64,000 nucleotides of DNA from Macrostomum lignano (Eukaryota). The DNA is taken from positions 1 through 64,000 of the forward strand of contig NIVC01002719.1 in NCBI GenBank assembly GCA_002269645.1. Reading direction: 5' to 3'. A program made the position numbers and the translations under genes. Positions 25,628 to 39,098 of the stretch are shown one piece after another; positions within the stretch are counted from its first letter, which is position 1; the number at the start of each line of letters is the position of its first letter. A model generated the notes under the pieces. That model was given only the letters and a program-made list of their open reading frames with translations. It did not search any database and had not been told where the DNA came from.

Positions 25628-26569
25628 CAATACTGTACGCTCGCAAAGGATGTACAGCGGCCCTGTCTAATCCTTGCCTTGAGGGTTGGTCCTTGGCCCC
25701 GAATGAATGTGGCGACTCAAGGAATCGAACCAGGGCCCGGGTTTCATTCTGAGCGGATGTGTCCTTTAGTATTATTTGATCATACATGCCATACTACGAG
25801 CTAATTTAATATTTTAACTAACAGCACGAAAAAGCTCTGAAACAGCAGACTATTATATTGCTGTCAACTCACACTGAAAAAATAAGTATTTTTTCCGCTA
25901 CAACAGGAAAAAAGACAATGAAACAATAGAATTAGAATAACAATAGAAGCAGGCATTCTACCGGCATATCCTTTGTTACCAGCTTATTTGACTGACACGT
26001 GGGAACCGGAACAATAATAGGGAAAAGTTGCAGCACAATGCAAAGCAAAATTATAAAATTCACCGGAGCAAAAGCAGACTGTGACTAAATATGGAATAGA
26101 TTTTCATAGTGAAAGAGAATCTTAGTGCGTAGTTGATGCATGGCATTAAATCAGCGCTGATCGAACCTCTGTGTGAATTCTGTTAATCCAAATATGCGCA
26201 TTCCGCTAATCCTCAGCTAGCAAATCCCTCACTAACTGAATAATTGAATCCGCTGGCCGGACCGAGAGACTTGGGCCAAAAATAATTTCAACTTATTATT
26301 CTCAGATGACAGTCTGAGATGGGCTGGCGAAGCATGAGCGTGCAGCGGCACTGTTCTCAAAGGTTTCCTAAATTTGTCATCTATTAAAACAAATTTTTAA
26401 GACAACAGAATTCTTAATAAAAAAAATTATAGACAATAAGTCCTTTTAAATTAGAAACAGGTGGTGATGGAGGTATTGATAAATATAATTAATAAATATT
26501 TGCTCGCAATAGCTGATTTACTATTATTATTATAGAGAAACTTCCAAGCCTCCCAAAAATAAGGAGGGG

Positions 26570-27615
26570 ATTACCAAAGGATAAGGAAGGGATTCCCAAA
26601 GGACAAGGAAGGGATTCCCAGTAGATAAGGATAGGATTCCCAAAAGATGATGAGAGGATTCCCAGTAGATAAGGATAGGATTCCCAAAAGATGATGAGAG
26701 GATTCCCTAAGGATAAGAAGGGGATTACCAAAGGATAGGGAGAAGATTCCTAAAGGATAAGGAGGGGCTTCCCAAAAGACAAAGGACAAGGAGGGGATTC
26801 CCAAAGGACAAGGAGGGGATTCCCAAAGGACAAGGAGAGAATTTCCAAAGGATAAGGAGAGGATTCCCAAAGGATAAGGAGGGGATTCCAAATGGATAAG
26901 GAGGGGATTCCCAAAGGATAAGGAGGGGATTCCCAAAGGACAAGGAGAGAATTTCCAAAGGATAAGGAGAGGATTCCCAAAGGATAAGGAGGGGATTCCA
27001 AATGGATAAGGAGGGGATTCCCAAAGGATAAGGAGGGTATTCCCAAAGGATAAGGAGGGGGGGATTCCCAAAGGATAAGGGGATTCCCAAAGGATAAGGA
27101 GAGGATTCCCAAAAGAAAAGGAGGGGATTCCCAAAGGGCAAGGAGGGATTCCCAAAGGATATGGAGGGGATTCCCAAAGGATAAGGAGGGGATTCCCAAA
27201 GGATAAGGAGGGATTCCCAAAGGATAAGGAGGGGATTCCCAAATGATAAGGAGGGGATTCCCAAAGGATAAGGAGGGGATTCTCAAAGGATAAGGAGAGG
27301 ATTCCCAAAGGATAAGGAGGGGATTTCCAAAGGACAAGAAGGGGATTCCCAAAGGATAAGGAGGGGATTCTCAAAGGATAAGGAGGGGATTCCCAAAGGA
27401 TAAGGAAGGGATTCCCAAAGGACAAGGAGGGGGTTCCTAAAGGATAAGGAGGGGATTCCCAAAGGATAAGGAAGGGATTCCCAAAGGATAAGGAGGGGAT
27501 TCTCAAAGGATAAGGAGAGGATTCCCAAAGGATAAGGAGGGGATTTCCAAAGGACAAGAAGGGGATTCCCAAAGGACAAGGAGGGGGTTCCTAAAGGATA
27601 AGGAGGGGATTCCTA
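26570..27615. repeat. 22-bp purine-rich satellite (cccaaaggataaggaggggatt)
   Basis: Tandem units visible directly. Confidence 0.97.
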
Positions 27616-28469
27616 AGCCCATATATTCTGAAAATGAGCTATTAATACAAGTAATATAAGTACATATTTAGTCCAATCTACTTAGTCCTGCATAATAAGC
27701 AAACAAAATAAAAGTGCATCCAAAATTTGGTGACAAACAAACAGACATTTTGAACGCAGAATTGGCAAAATCTGCATCCGAGTCGCATGCAACTCGAGTC
27801 AGATTGAAATCCAGGGCTGCGTGGAGAGGAGCTGCAGCAAATTGCAGTATAAAACTGTCCCCAAACGGGAGAAACCCGATAAAACGAGTAACCTTGGCCC
27901 TGTATATCAGAGTGATGTAGCTTCTTTGCGCTTAAGATTCTGGGGGGATAAGCGATGGCGAAGGCTTTGGGAATCAAATATCCAATATCCGGAGGGCATA
28001 TGGCCTGGGGAGCCGAGCATTATTCAGCCTCTCAGCTTCTCTGCCACTCTTGAGAATATTTTCCATCCACTTGTGCCAAACTGCTCAGTGGGCGTTTCGT
28101 ATGCAAGCTGGTAATTTTGTATATTGACTGCATTATCAATATGAATGTGCGATGCAGCCCCCGCTTGCACCTCAGCTCAGATACACATCTACTGATAATC
28201 TGCATCCTCTCTATCTGACTGATAGTGTAGCGCTGGATACCAAAATATGAAGATGGTTGATTAAGTTGAGCGAAAGGTTAAATCTCGGCTGGGGGGCGAT
28301 CACGTCTATTTAATAAAAAAGTACAGTTTGTTTAGGGCTGAAACCGAAAGTTGGAATTTGGGCCATAGACAATTACCTATAAGCTTGTGCATGGGCACTC
28401 AAAAGAAAGTACTGTTATTAAACGCAGGGACAGTGGGAAACAAGGAACTACAGTATAGTCTCTCTCCTC

Positions 28470-28860
28470 TACTTCATCTCCCTGTCTCTCTACCTCATAT
28501 CTCAGCCTCTCTGCCTAATCTCCCAGTCTCTACCTTTTATCTCAGCTTCTCTGCCATGCACAGCTCTCAGCCTCTCTCAACTTCATCTCCCAGTCTCTCT
28601 ACCTCATATCTCAGCCTCCTAGCTGCCCATCTCTCAGTCTCTCTCTGCCCCATCTCTCAGCCTCTCTCTACCCCATCTCTCAGTCTCGATCTCTCCGCCC
28701 CATCTCTATCCTCCTCTACCACATCTCTCAGCCTATATGCCAGCCCCATCTTTCAGCCTCTCCGCCCCATCTCTCAGTCTCTCTACCTCATATCTCAGCC
28801 TCTGCCCCATCTCTCCCTCCGCCTCATCTTTCAGCCTCTCTCTACCCCATCTCACCTCTG
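28470..28860. repeat. Degenerate inverted copy of the 29.5-31.2 kb satellite family
   Basis: 28566-28603 is a close reverse complement of 29481-29519. Confidence 0.8.
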
Positions 28861-29479
28861 TGACCACAGACTCGGTGGGACATAATCAAATCCCAAGCAA
28901 TTGTTGATTAAGTATAGGACAGTTGCATTCTGGCAATTGTGTCTTTGATGAATTTTGCCAGTGTTTCCATGCACTATGTCTCAATCTTCTTGAGTCATTA
29001 GGTCAACCAGGTTAACCAACTTTAACCGGTATTTCCCATTCAATTTGATCACGGACGGCGCTATAAAAAGTTGCAACTACACGCTTAAACTGGCGTAAAA
29101 ATTAACCGCTTACTCAGCTCTTCACCCCTGTCTGCACTTTTATCATCGAAATAGTTTCAGCAATCGTTAATCTTTATAATCTGAGCTAATTAGAGGGGCC
29201 AAGGGAGATGCATTGTTTGCTTTCTCAGTGCGCCTGCGTGTGCGCACCGCTTCGCGAGTTTCGTTTGCTCTGGTGGAATAATTTTTATCGAGGTCAAAGC
29301 GATAAAAAAATTTAAGGGCGGTTTGGTCAGCTCTGGCCATCTTTCTGCATCAGCTGCGATTCATTTTTATTGTTTTCAATTAGCTTTATGTGTTTCGTTC
29401 TGCCCAGATGGAGTCAAGTTCACAGGCCAAACAGAAAGGTGAGTAGAGAGACTGAAAGACAAGATGGATAGTGAAAGAG

Positions 29480-31160
29480 GGGCAGAGAGACTGGGAGATG
29501 AAGGTAAAGAGAGGCTGAGAGATGGGGCAGAGAGGTTGAGATGGGGCAGAGAGACTGAGAGATAAGCAGAGAGACAGAGGGATGGGGTAGAGAGACAGAT
29601 GGGGCAGAGAGGCTGAGAGATGGGGTAGAAAGAGAGAGACTGAGAGATGGGGCATAGAGAATGAGAGATGGGGCAAAGAGATTGAGAGATGGGGCAGAGA
29701 GGTTGAGATGGGCAGAGAGGTTGAGAGATGGGGTAAAGAGGCTGAAAGATTGGACAGGCTGAGAGATGGGGTAAAGAGGCTGAAAGATTGGACAGACTGA
29801 GTGAGAGATGGGGTAAAGAGGCTGAAAGATTGGACAGACTGAGTGAGAGATAGGGTAAAGAGGCTGAAGGACTGGACAGACTGAGTGAGAGATGGGGTAA
29901 AGAGGCTGAAAGATTGGACAGGCTGAGAGATGGGGTAAAGAGGCTGAAAGATGGGACAGACTGAGTGAGAGATGGGGTAAAGAGGCTGAAGGACTGGACA
30001 GGCTGAGAGATGGGGTAAAGAGGCTGAGAGATTGGACAGGCTGAGAGATGGGGTAAAGAGGCTGAAGGATTGGACAGGCTGAGAGATGGGGTAAAGAGGC
30101 TGAAGGATTGGACAGGCTGAGAGATGGGGTAAAGAGGCTGAGAGATTGGACAGGCTGAGAGATGGGGTAAAGAGGCTGAAAGATTGGACAGGCTGAGAGA
30201 TGGGGTAAAGAGGCTGAAGGATTGGACAGGCTGAGAGATGGGGTAAAGAGGCTGAAGGATTGGACAGGCTGAGAGATGCGGTAAAGAGGCTGAAGGATTG
30301 GACAGGCTGAGAGATGCGGTAAAGAGGCTGAGAGATTGGACAGGCTGAGAGATGCGGTAAAGAGGCTGAAAGATTGGACAGACTGAGTGAGAGATGGGGT
30401 AAAGAGGCTGAGAGATTGGACAGGCTGAGAGATGGGGTAAAGAGGCTGAAGGATTGGACAGGCTGAGAGATGCGGTAAAGAGGCTGAGAGATTGGACAGG
30501 CTGAGAGATGCGGTAAAGAGGCTGAGAGATTGGACAGGCTGAGAGATGGGGTAAAGAGGCTGAGAGATTGGACAGGCTGAGAGATGGGGTAAAGAGGCTG
30601 AAGGATTGGACAGGCTGAGAGATGGGGTAAAGAGGCTGAGAGATTGGACAGGCTGAGAGATGGGGTAAAGAGGCTGAAAGATTGGACAGGCTGAGAGATG
30701 GGGTAAAGAGGCTAAAGGATTGGACAGACTGAGAGATGGGGTAAAGAGGCTGGAAGATTGGACAGACTGAGAGATGGGGTAAAGAGGCTGAAGGATTGGA
30801 CAGGCTGAGAGATGGGGTAAAGAGGCTGAAGGATTGGACAGGCTGAGAGATGGGGTAAAGAGGCTGAAGGATTGGACAGGCTGAGAGATGGGGTAAAGAG
30901 GCTGAAGGATTGGACAGGCTGAGAGATGGGGTAAAGAGGCTGAAGGATTGGACAGGCTGAGAGATGGGGTAAAGAGGCTGAAGGATTGGACAGGCTGAGA
31001 GATGGGGTAAAGAGGCTGAAGGATTGGACAGGCTGAGAGATGGGGTAAAGAGGCTGAAGGATTGGACAGGCTGAGAGATGGGGTAAAGAGGCTGAAAGAT
31101 TGGACAGGCTGAGAGATGGGGTAAAGAGGCTGAAAGATTGGACAGGCTGAGAGATGGGCT
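29480..31160. repeat. 38-bp satellite (gaggctgaaggattggacaggctgagagatggggtaaa)
   Basis: Homogeneous from ~29720, degenerate at the left edge. Confidence 0.97.
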
Positions 31161-31779
31161 GAGAGAGAATACGAGCTGCATACTAATGACATTTTCAGTT
31201 TATCGCAAAGAATGCAGTAGTATACAGTGCAGTGTTTTAACTTTCTCTTCAATTAAAAAAGTAAACCAAAACACAGAAAATTTTTAACAGGTACAAAAGT
31301 GATGTTTATTATTTTTGTAATCTTAGAAAATCCAGAATTACAACCTCATCTTTTGTCGCAAACCAAAACGAGCAACCAAAAGTTCGCATAAATAACAGCC
31401 TCTATATTCAATTGTAGCATGATTTAGACAGTCAAATTAATCTATTTAACTGAAGCTTAGGAATACCGATTATTATTAGTTAAATAATAATAACAAAATC
31501 TTCACAACATTGACCAAAATACTGCAATAAAAACATTAAGAAAACAACAATAAACAAAGTAAACAAGAAACGCATTAATAAATACAAGTAGGGCAAAATA
31601 TAAATTTGAATCTTTTTTGCTGAGATCAGATTATTTATTAAACGAGATAGTTGGATATTCAGCGATTTTAATCTTTGTTCTCGATTTTTCTTTAAATTGA
31701 AGCTTCTATCTAAGGAAACTGAGGCTGGAAATTGGGATTAAAATCCAGAAAAGGGATCTGAAAATATAATTGTGGGATT

Positions 31780-32945
31780 TGAAGCCTCCCATTGGGATCT
31801 GAAGCAGGAAATGGGGATATGAAGCTACAACTGGGATCTGAAGCTACAACCAGGGATCTGAAGCTACAAATGGGGATCTGAAGCTACAAATAGGGATCTG
31901 AAGCTACAAATGGGGATCTGAAGCTATAAAAGGGGATCTGAAGCTACAAATGGGGATCTGAAGCTACAAATGGGGATCTGAAGCTACAAATGGGGATCTG
32001 AAGCTACAATTGGGGATCTGAAGCTACAATTGGGGATCTGAAGCTACAATTGGGGATCTGAAGCTACAAATGGGGATCTGAAGCTACAAATGAGGATCTG
32101 AAGCTAAAAATGGGATCTGAAGCTACAAATGGGGATCTGAAGCCACAAATGGGGATCTGAAGCTACAAATGGGGATCTGAAGCCACAAATGGGGATCTGA
32201 AGCTACAAATGGGGATCTGAAGCTACAAATGGGATCTGAAGCTACAAATGGGGATCTGAAGCTATAAATGGGGATCTGAAGCTACAAATGGGGATCTGAA
32301 GCTACAGATGGGGATCTGAAGCTACAAATGAGGATCTGAAGCTACAAATGGGGATCTGAAGCTACAACTGGGGATCTGAAGCTACAAATGGGGATCTGAA
32401 GCTACAACTGGAGATCTGAAGCTACAAGTGGGAATCTGAAGCTACAATTGGGGATCTGAAGCTACAAATGGGATCTGAAGCTACTAGTGGGAATCTGAAG
32501 CTACAATTGGGGATCTGAAGCTACAAATGGGGATCTGAAGCTACAAATGGGATCTGAAGCTACAACCGGGGATCTGAAGCTACAACCGGGGATCTGAAGC
32601 TACAACCGGGGATCTGAAGCTACAAATGGGATCTGAAGCTACAAATAGGGATCTGAAGCTACAAATGGGGATCTGAAGCTACAAGTGGGAATCTGAAGCT
32701 ACAATTGGGGATCTGAAGCTACAAATGGGATCTGAAGCTACAACCGGGGATCTGAAGCTACAACCGGGGATCTGAAGCTACAACCGGGGATCTGAAGCTA
32801 CAAATGGGATCTGAAGCTACAAATAGGGATCTGAAGCTACAAATGGGGATCTGAAGCTACAAGTGGGAATCTGAAGCTACAATTGGGGATCTGAAGCTAC
32901 AAATAGGGATCTGAAGCTACAACCGGGGATCTGAAGCTACAAATA
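31780..32945. repeat. 20-bp satellite (gggatctgaagctacaaatg) with a higher-order repeat at the 3' end
   Basis: About 57 units; a 9-monomer, 178-bp block is duplicated (32563 and 32741). Confidence 0.97.
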
Positions 32946-33422
32946 GATATCTTCAAAACGGTCAGAATTACAAATCAGTGTATTTAGCACAGCACATAGA
33001 GTAGAATTTCCGCGAATGTGTGCATATTCGGAGAAAGCGACTGGCAGACAGGCAGGCAGACATCACAGACAAAAAGCTGTAACAGACGAACGCCAAGCAC
33101 AGCAGGTAAACATGTGGAAGCCGAAGGAAGAACTGATTGTAAAAATGCTGTTTAGTTTCTATAACAAGCAATCAGCTTAGCTCTTACACAATAACAATAA
33201 CGAAGAAAAACAAAAAGAGCTGTAATCAAAAAACGAAACTGGGATTAGCTATAATCAAATTAGGGCGCAATTTGAACGAAGTAATCTCATTTTTTTTCTC
33301 AAAAAATTTCAACAACAAACTCTTCTTTTCAAGTCTGCCTCGGAATTGTGTCAAAGTCAAGTGAACAGCAGAAAATATCAAGCCTTTTTTTACAAATTAC
33401 ATATTTTTCAAGTACAAAAACG

Positions 33423-33700
33423 AACTAACTAATTAGCTAGCTAACTAACTAATCAGCCAACTAACTAACTAATCAGCCAACTAACTAACTAATCAGCCAA
33501 CTAACTAACTAATCCGCCAACTAACTAACTAATCAGCCAACTAACTAACTAATCAGCCAACTAACTAACTAATCAGCCAACTAACTAACTAATCAGCCAA
33601 CTAACTAACTAATCAGCCAACTAACTAACTAATCAGCCAACTAACTAACTAATTAGCTAGCCAACTGACTAATTGACTGACTAACTAACTAATGAACTAA
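33423..33700. repeat. 20-bp minisatellite (aactaactaactaatcagcc) downstream of the PIP4K stop
   Basis: Direct tandem units. Confidence 0.95.
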
Positions 33701-33779
33701 CTCATAAAGAGCATCCGGTGCAACACACTAGTGAACTTTGAACCCTATTTAGGTCATCAATCGCCGAGCATTGAGTGAA

Positions 33780-36700
33780 TCACTGCATACAAGAGTCGGC
33801 AAAGCTCAGGAACCGCTTAGCATACTGCCCAGGCGGCACAGTGCTAAATGCGTTATCCACGCCTCCAGTGGCTGGGTACCGCATCCGCTTGCAGGCGCAC
33901 GCGGCCCGCTTTACTAGCCCGTAGTCTGTCAGGATATCGATCATCCCGATGCTGTAGAATCGAGTCGGTCGTCCAGCTGAACTGGGCGAAGGTTCGGCCA
34001 CATCGCTTGGCAGATGCTGCTTGATCAGGAAGCGATTGAACTGCTGCGCCTCGGCTGACGGCAGCTGGTCTGAGCCTTGGGGGCGAGATGGGTGAGATTT
34101 TTCATGAGGGATACTGTGTGCTTACTGTAGAATGCTGTATGCTTACTGTAAGATGCTGTATGCTTACTGTAAGATGCTGTATGCCTACTGTAGGATGCTG
34201 TATGCTTACTGTAGGATGCTGTATGCTTACTGTAGAATGCTGCGTTCTTAGTTTAGGATGCTGTACGCCTACTGTTGGATGCTGTATGCTTACTGTAGGA
34301 TGCTGTATGCTTACTGTAGGATGCTGTATGCTTGCTGTAGGATGCTGTATGCCTACTGTAGGATGCTGTATGCTTACTGTAGGATGCTGTATGTTACTGT
34401 AGGATGCTGTATGTTACTGTAGGATGCTGTATGCCTACTGTAGGATGCTGAAGAGTTACTGTGCGCATGGCTCTAAATACACGTACTGTCTTTAGAACTG
34501 TAAGGTTGCGCATTGAAATGGTTAGACAAAAGCAGAAATTTACAGTCAGTCTGGCGGTCCTCTTTAGAGACGTCCGCCCACTCGTGCACGCCAACCAACA
34601 GCGAGTAGTCCATGATGTTGTGCCGCTCCAGAAATGCCACATCCCGTCGAAGGCGTTCCATAATGGCGCTCTTGACTTCTGGACCGACGTTGAGGCAGTC
34701 GGCGGCCCTGATGAAGTCCAAGTCTTTCAGGGTTGGGACAGCGTGGCCCGCAGTGTCAGCTGTGGTCGCCCTTCGGGCCACTCGACTGCCTTTCAAGTCG
34801 TATTTTCTGATCAAAGGGTGGCCGCTGTTGAATACAGAGCTGTCGCAAGGGATAAGGGTTTAGGTTGCCATTGATTGACAAGTGAAATATAATAAAAGTT
34901 TGTGCGAGGGCCAGTGCTGTGCGTGTGCACTCTATAAACGGAGGTATGTAGTAAATGACATCACACATTTAACTCACAACAACTCACTTCTTCACTTATT
35001 AGCCAAGTCTGTTAATCAGTTTGCCCTTTAAACACACAGCCCTATGTGTTTGGGCTGTTGCCCTTTAAACTTTAAATACACACCAGCCCTATAAACACAA
35101 AGCCCGTTTAAACACAAAGCCCGTTTAAACACATCAGCCCTATAAACACAAAGCCCATATAAACACAACAGTCCTATAAACACATTTAAACACACCAGCC
35201 CTTTAAACAAGCAGCTTATTTTAACACACCAGCCCTATAAATACAAAGCCCGTTTAAACACACCAGCCCTATAAATACAAAGCCCGTTTAAACACACCAC
35301 CCTATAAATACAAAGCTCATTTTAACACAACAGTCCTATAAACACATTTAAACACACCAGCTCTATAAACACACAACCAAATTTAAACACAACAGTCCTA
35401 TAAACTCAAGAGCCCTTTAAACACAAAACCTTTAATAATCTTCTTTAAACACAAAACCTTTAAACACAAGACGGTAAAAACAAACCGTCTAAACCAGGGA
35501 AGACAATATCCGTCTAAAAGCACAGTCCATTTAAACATCCGCTTTTTTGCACAGATCAATACACAATCCCTTTAAAGACATCCCATTAAACGTACAAATC
35601 TTTAATAAACAGATCTAATACTCATGGCTAAGCAACATGGCGCACGCAAAATCAAACCCAAACTTCAGCCCGATGTATTTGCAGCAAATAATTACTTTCA
35701 ATACTGTTTTCATGTGCACCATGCTAGGAGATCATGCTCGATAATACGTGGCAAGTAGGCAGAAGTTTTAAATATTTTAAAGAATCTATCTATATAGAAA
35801 AAAGAGATTCTTATAGTATACAGTAAACTAAATTTTAGCTAAAACTAAAATTTTGTGAGATTTGTGCTATAAAATAGACTCAATAATTTGAGGCTTGATT
35901 CAAAAAGTAACGGAGAGTTTTGTCATAACTTTTGAATATGAATAATAATAATTGTAAATGTTTAGTTATGTCTATTGTTAAGTTCTATGCTTGGTCTACA
36001 TATAGTTTAGTACTCAAATTATTATAACCTTAAAGGATCGCTCATCTGAAAGCGAGTCTATGGAAAAGATTGTTTAAAAATTGGGATATCCCCCATGAAT
36101 TTCATTGGATGCTGGAATTTATTAATAGTCCCCCTAAGTTCTTAATGTACTTGTACTTGGGGGAAATGCTAATTTCTTTCCCTTAAGCCGTCGTGGCACA
36201 GAGGAAGAAAGCAGTTATAGATGTCTAACGTTAATCGTGACTTTGGAATTTCCCTCGCGTACAAGCTTCAGCCAATAAGAACTTAGGGGGACTATTATTG
36301 AATTCCAGCAGCCAATGAAATTCATGGGGGGAATCCTAATTTTTAGGAAGTCTTGGCCATAGACTCGCTTTCAGATGAGCGATCCTTTCTATTCCTTCAT
36401 TCATGATTGGTAGCTGCGGGCATTTGTCTATGGTAAGAGACCAACATTTTCAAGTCAATGAAAAAGTTTAAGAACTTTGAAGCTGTTGCACTCAGCTGCA
36501 CCTGACACTGACTTCTCTATCTGCTGTCTATGGGAAAAGTTGCCCAGGACTTTTTATTGATCGCTTTTAAGCTGTAAAGAGCCGGTAAAGTTTTTTTTGT
36601 TAACTATACCATTTTTATAATTAGAAAACTTTGGCGAATGCGACTTCCATTTTAAGCAACGCAAAAATTAACATTTATTGCCGAACGCTTATCACAAAAA

Positions 36701-39098
36701 TTTTGATTATTAATCTCGAGGTCTGGACTTACTTGCAAGATATCACTGACACACATGGTGGGCTGATAAAGTTGAAACTGAAGCTGTTATGCTGTCCATG
36801 GTAACAAAATTGCTAGGTCTCGTAAACATTTAAGAAGTATAACGAAATTCTCCGTGACTTTTGAAACACCCTAAGTCGATGCTGGGCTATAATATCTCGA
36901 ACGGATTATAGGTAGGGGAAAGTAAGGATTGCTATAAAAAATTGAAGTCAATTTGAATCTATGCCATCAGACTCACTTAGCATGGCCTCTGTAATTAATA
37001 AATATAAATTCAAAACAATTAAATAAAAAGGCAATATAATTTCGGACTCTTATCTAACAAATCCTTATACTAAACTAGCAGTGACCAGTAGTAAATTTCA
37101 TAAAACTGGACTCAAGCTTTGCTCCTGCTCTGTGGGGATTTAGAAATAAAATTGTATGCATACAAATGCTACATGTACGCTTATCATAGTGGTGATAGCT
37201 AACGAATACACGAATCTGGTGCACTATTACAAGTAATTCGACTCATTTTTTAATGATCAGCTCATCGATGATTAATAGCATAGGTGAATGACCACTAACT
37301 ATAAAGATTAAAAAAAAATAGCCCAAAACTGGGTTATAATTTGAACGAAAATGGAGTTTAATAACAATAGTTTAAATGCTGAACATGAACAAATAAGACC
37401 ACTCAAACAATTAATATTAATAAAAAATCCCTAACTTAGCACGAACTCACTGTAACACAAATAAGCACGAGTCACATGACCCTTCACTAACTACTAAGTA
37501 GGGTTCTTTATTTTTTAGTAATATGAATATCAAGCTTCACTGATCATAAAAAAACTGACCTGACCTAAAATGATCATGAATACTAAGCTATGACCCTTTA
37601 ATGACCATGACTGGTGGGATATGAACCTTTAATGACCTTGACTACTGAGCTATGACCCTTTAATGACTCTGACTGCTGAGCTATGGCCCTTTAATGACTA
37701 TGACTGGTGGGATATGACCCTTTAATGACCATGACTACTGAGCTATGACCCTTAAATGACTCTGACTGCAGAGCTATGACCCTTAAATGACTCTGACTGC
37801 TGAGCTATGACCCTTAAATGACTCTGACTGCAGAGCTATGACCCTTTAATGACCATGACTGCAGAGCTATGACCCTTCACCGAACCTTTACCACAATAAT
37901 AGAACTCACCGCATAAACAGGATGTAGAACTTTGACCCGCTCATTGTAATTCTATACAGAGCCATCAGCTGCGGCAACAAAGTGTCGGTCTGACAGTCGG
38001 TCACGTGATTCCAATAAGACGACAGCATCCGTTTCAGGGCGCCAGCTTCGCTTCGTTCAATAGTTTTAGCAAAGAAGGCGCCATCAGCCGAGCGCAGAAA
38101 CCTGCTAGACGAATGGCCGCGCGAGTCGCTGTCCCAGGCTGGCAGCTGCACAGTCCAGGCTGCTCGGAAATCTTCGCTGCAGCTGCCGCCGCCGTCTCTG
38201 CCATCAACTGAATAGACATTTGATGAGCCGAACTCCCGGCGCAGATGAGCAAACACCCGAGGGCAGTACTCTTTGAATTGGAAGCTGGCCGGCATGCCGC
38301 AGCTACTGTTTGGGGTGTGGAAATAAAATTGGGATATTTGTTGTACCGCCAGTGTATTTAAACTTCTCTCTTGCCCTTTATTCCCTTTTAGTCTTTTTTT
38401 ATCAAATCTCAAATAGTGATGACTCATCAACTTTTAGTTTTGGCATCCTGTTTCTTTCTGTGTGGCCCACAGAGGTACAGCGATAGTCCATACATGCGCA
38501 ACTTTGGGAATCACCCGGCCGTTTCTATTAGTAACACACACATGTAAGTCGCTAGTGGCTGAGAGCAGTCACGTGACTACTATTCCGTCCAATAGCGACT
38601 TACATGTGTGTGTTGCCAATAGAAACGGCCGAGTGAATCCCAAGGTTGCGCCCAAGCATGAGCGATACACATGTACATGGTAGGGTTATCTTGGCATCCT
38701 GAACTTCTTGAAGTTTTGATATATTTGCAAACATACTTCTGTCCACTGTAGTTCTGTCCACATCTTCATGAAATTTAACACCAAACACTTACAACCGAAC
38801 ACTTACACTCGAAAATGCTCCATAGATACAGTCACTTTGTGAACTCCAATAAAATCTTCTGCAACAAGAGCCTCTTCTTTTGCGCTGGAATCCAACTGGC
38901 TGAGCTAAAAAATTATATTGATTGTGCAAAGCTGAACAGACTATTGAAATTGAATTTCTACATTAAAGTACACACACTACTTACACTATAATTCACACTC
39001 CATGACATAACCAATTTGAGCTGTTTAGCTGTTACACAGAGTTCAGGATCTGAACAGGTGCACTGAGAGCCATTTCTCTTATCTGTGTGCTTGTCCAT
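33780..39098 (-). CDS. PIP4K2: Phosphatidylinositol 5-phosphate 4-kinase (type II PIP kinase)-like
   Basis: Exons 38985-39098, 38807-38904, 37910-38305, 34544-34839 and 33780-34075 join in phase. Motifs: SDP...WSVNYS, FQFKEYCPRVF, AKTI, TLLPQ, RKYDLKGS, PTLKDLDF, MDYSLLVGVH, IDILTDY, KRAACACK (Ala at the PIP4K/PIP5K specificity position), STVPPGQYAKRFLSF. Confidence 0.9.
34123..34449. repeat. 21-bp intronic minisatellite (gtaggatgctgtatgcttact)
   Basis: About 15 units filling most of the last PIP4K intron. Confidence 0.95.
35030..35460. repeat. Irregular intronic minisatellite (aaacacaccagccctata / aaagcccgttt modules)
   Basis: Interleaved 17-18-bp modules. Confidence 0.85.
36032..36388. 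mobile_element. MITE with ~105-bp terminal inverted repeats
   Basis: aaaggatcgctcatctgaaagcgagtctatgg...ccccctaagtt is mirrored at ~36280-36388; no clean TSD. Confidence 0.8.
37590..37878. repeat. 31-bp intronic minisatellite (atgacccttaaatgactctgactgcagagct)
   Basis: About 9 units. Confidence 0.92.

Noticed and set aside
24493-25804. Three 377-419-aa ORFs
   Set aside because: All three frames are open only because the 13/14-bp satellite lacks stops; no domain content.
26489-27579. Long minus-strand ORFs (GIPSLSFGNPLLILWES repeats)
   Set aside because: Translations of the 22-bp satellite.
29376-31252. 601-aa and 610-aa minus-strand ORFs
   Set aside because: Translations of the 38-bp satellite.
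31780-32945. CRISPR-like appearance of a constant gatctgaagctac with variable segments
   Set aside because: The variable parts are only ~7 nt and related to each other; no cas genes; eukaryotic context. It is a satellite.
34088-34402. Cys-rich ORF (GCCMLTV)n
   Set aside because: Antisense translation of the intronic 21-bp minisatellite.
36970-37000. ttagcatggcc match to U6 snRNA
   Set aside because: Only ~11 nt; no flanking U6 sequence. No tRNA, rRNA or snRNA gene was recognised anywhere in the window.
38600-38788. Small ORF inside PIP4K intron 2
   Set aside because: Flanking exons already join in phase and align to PIP4K without it.
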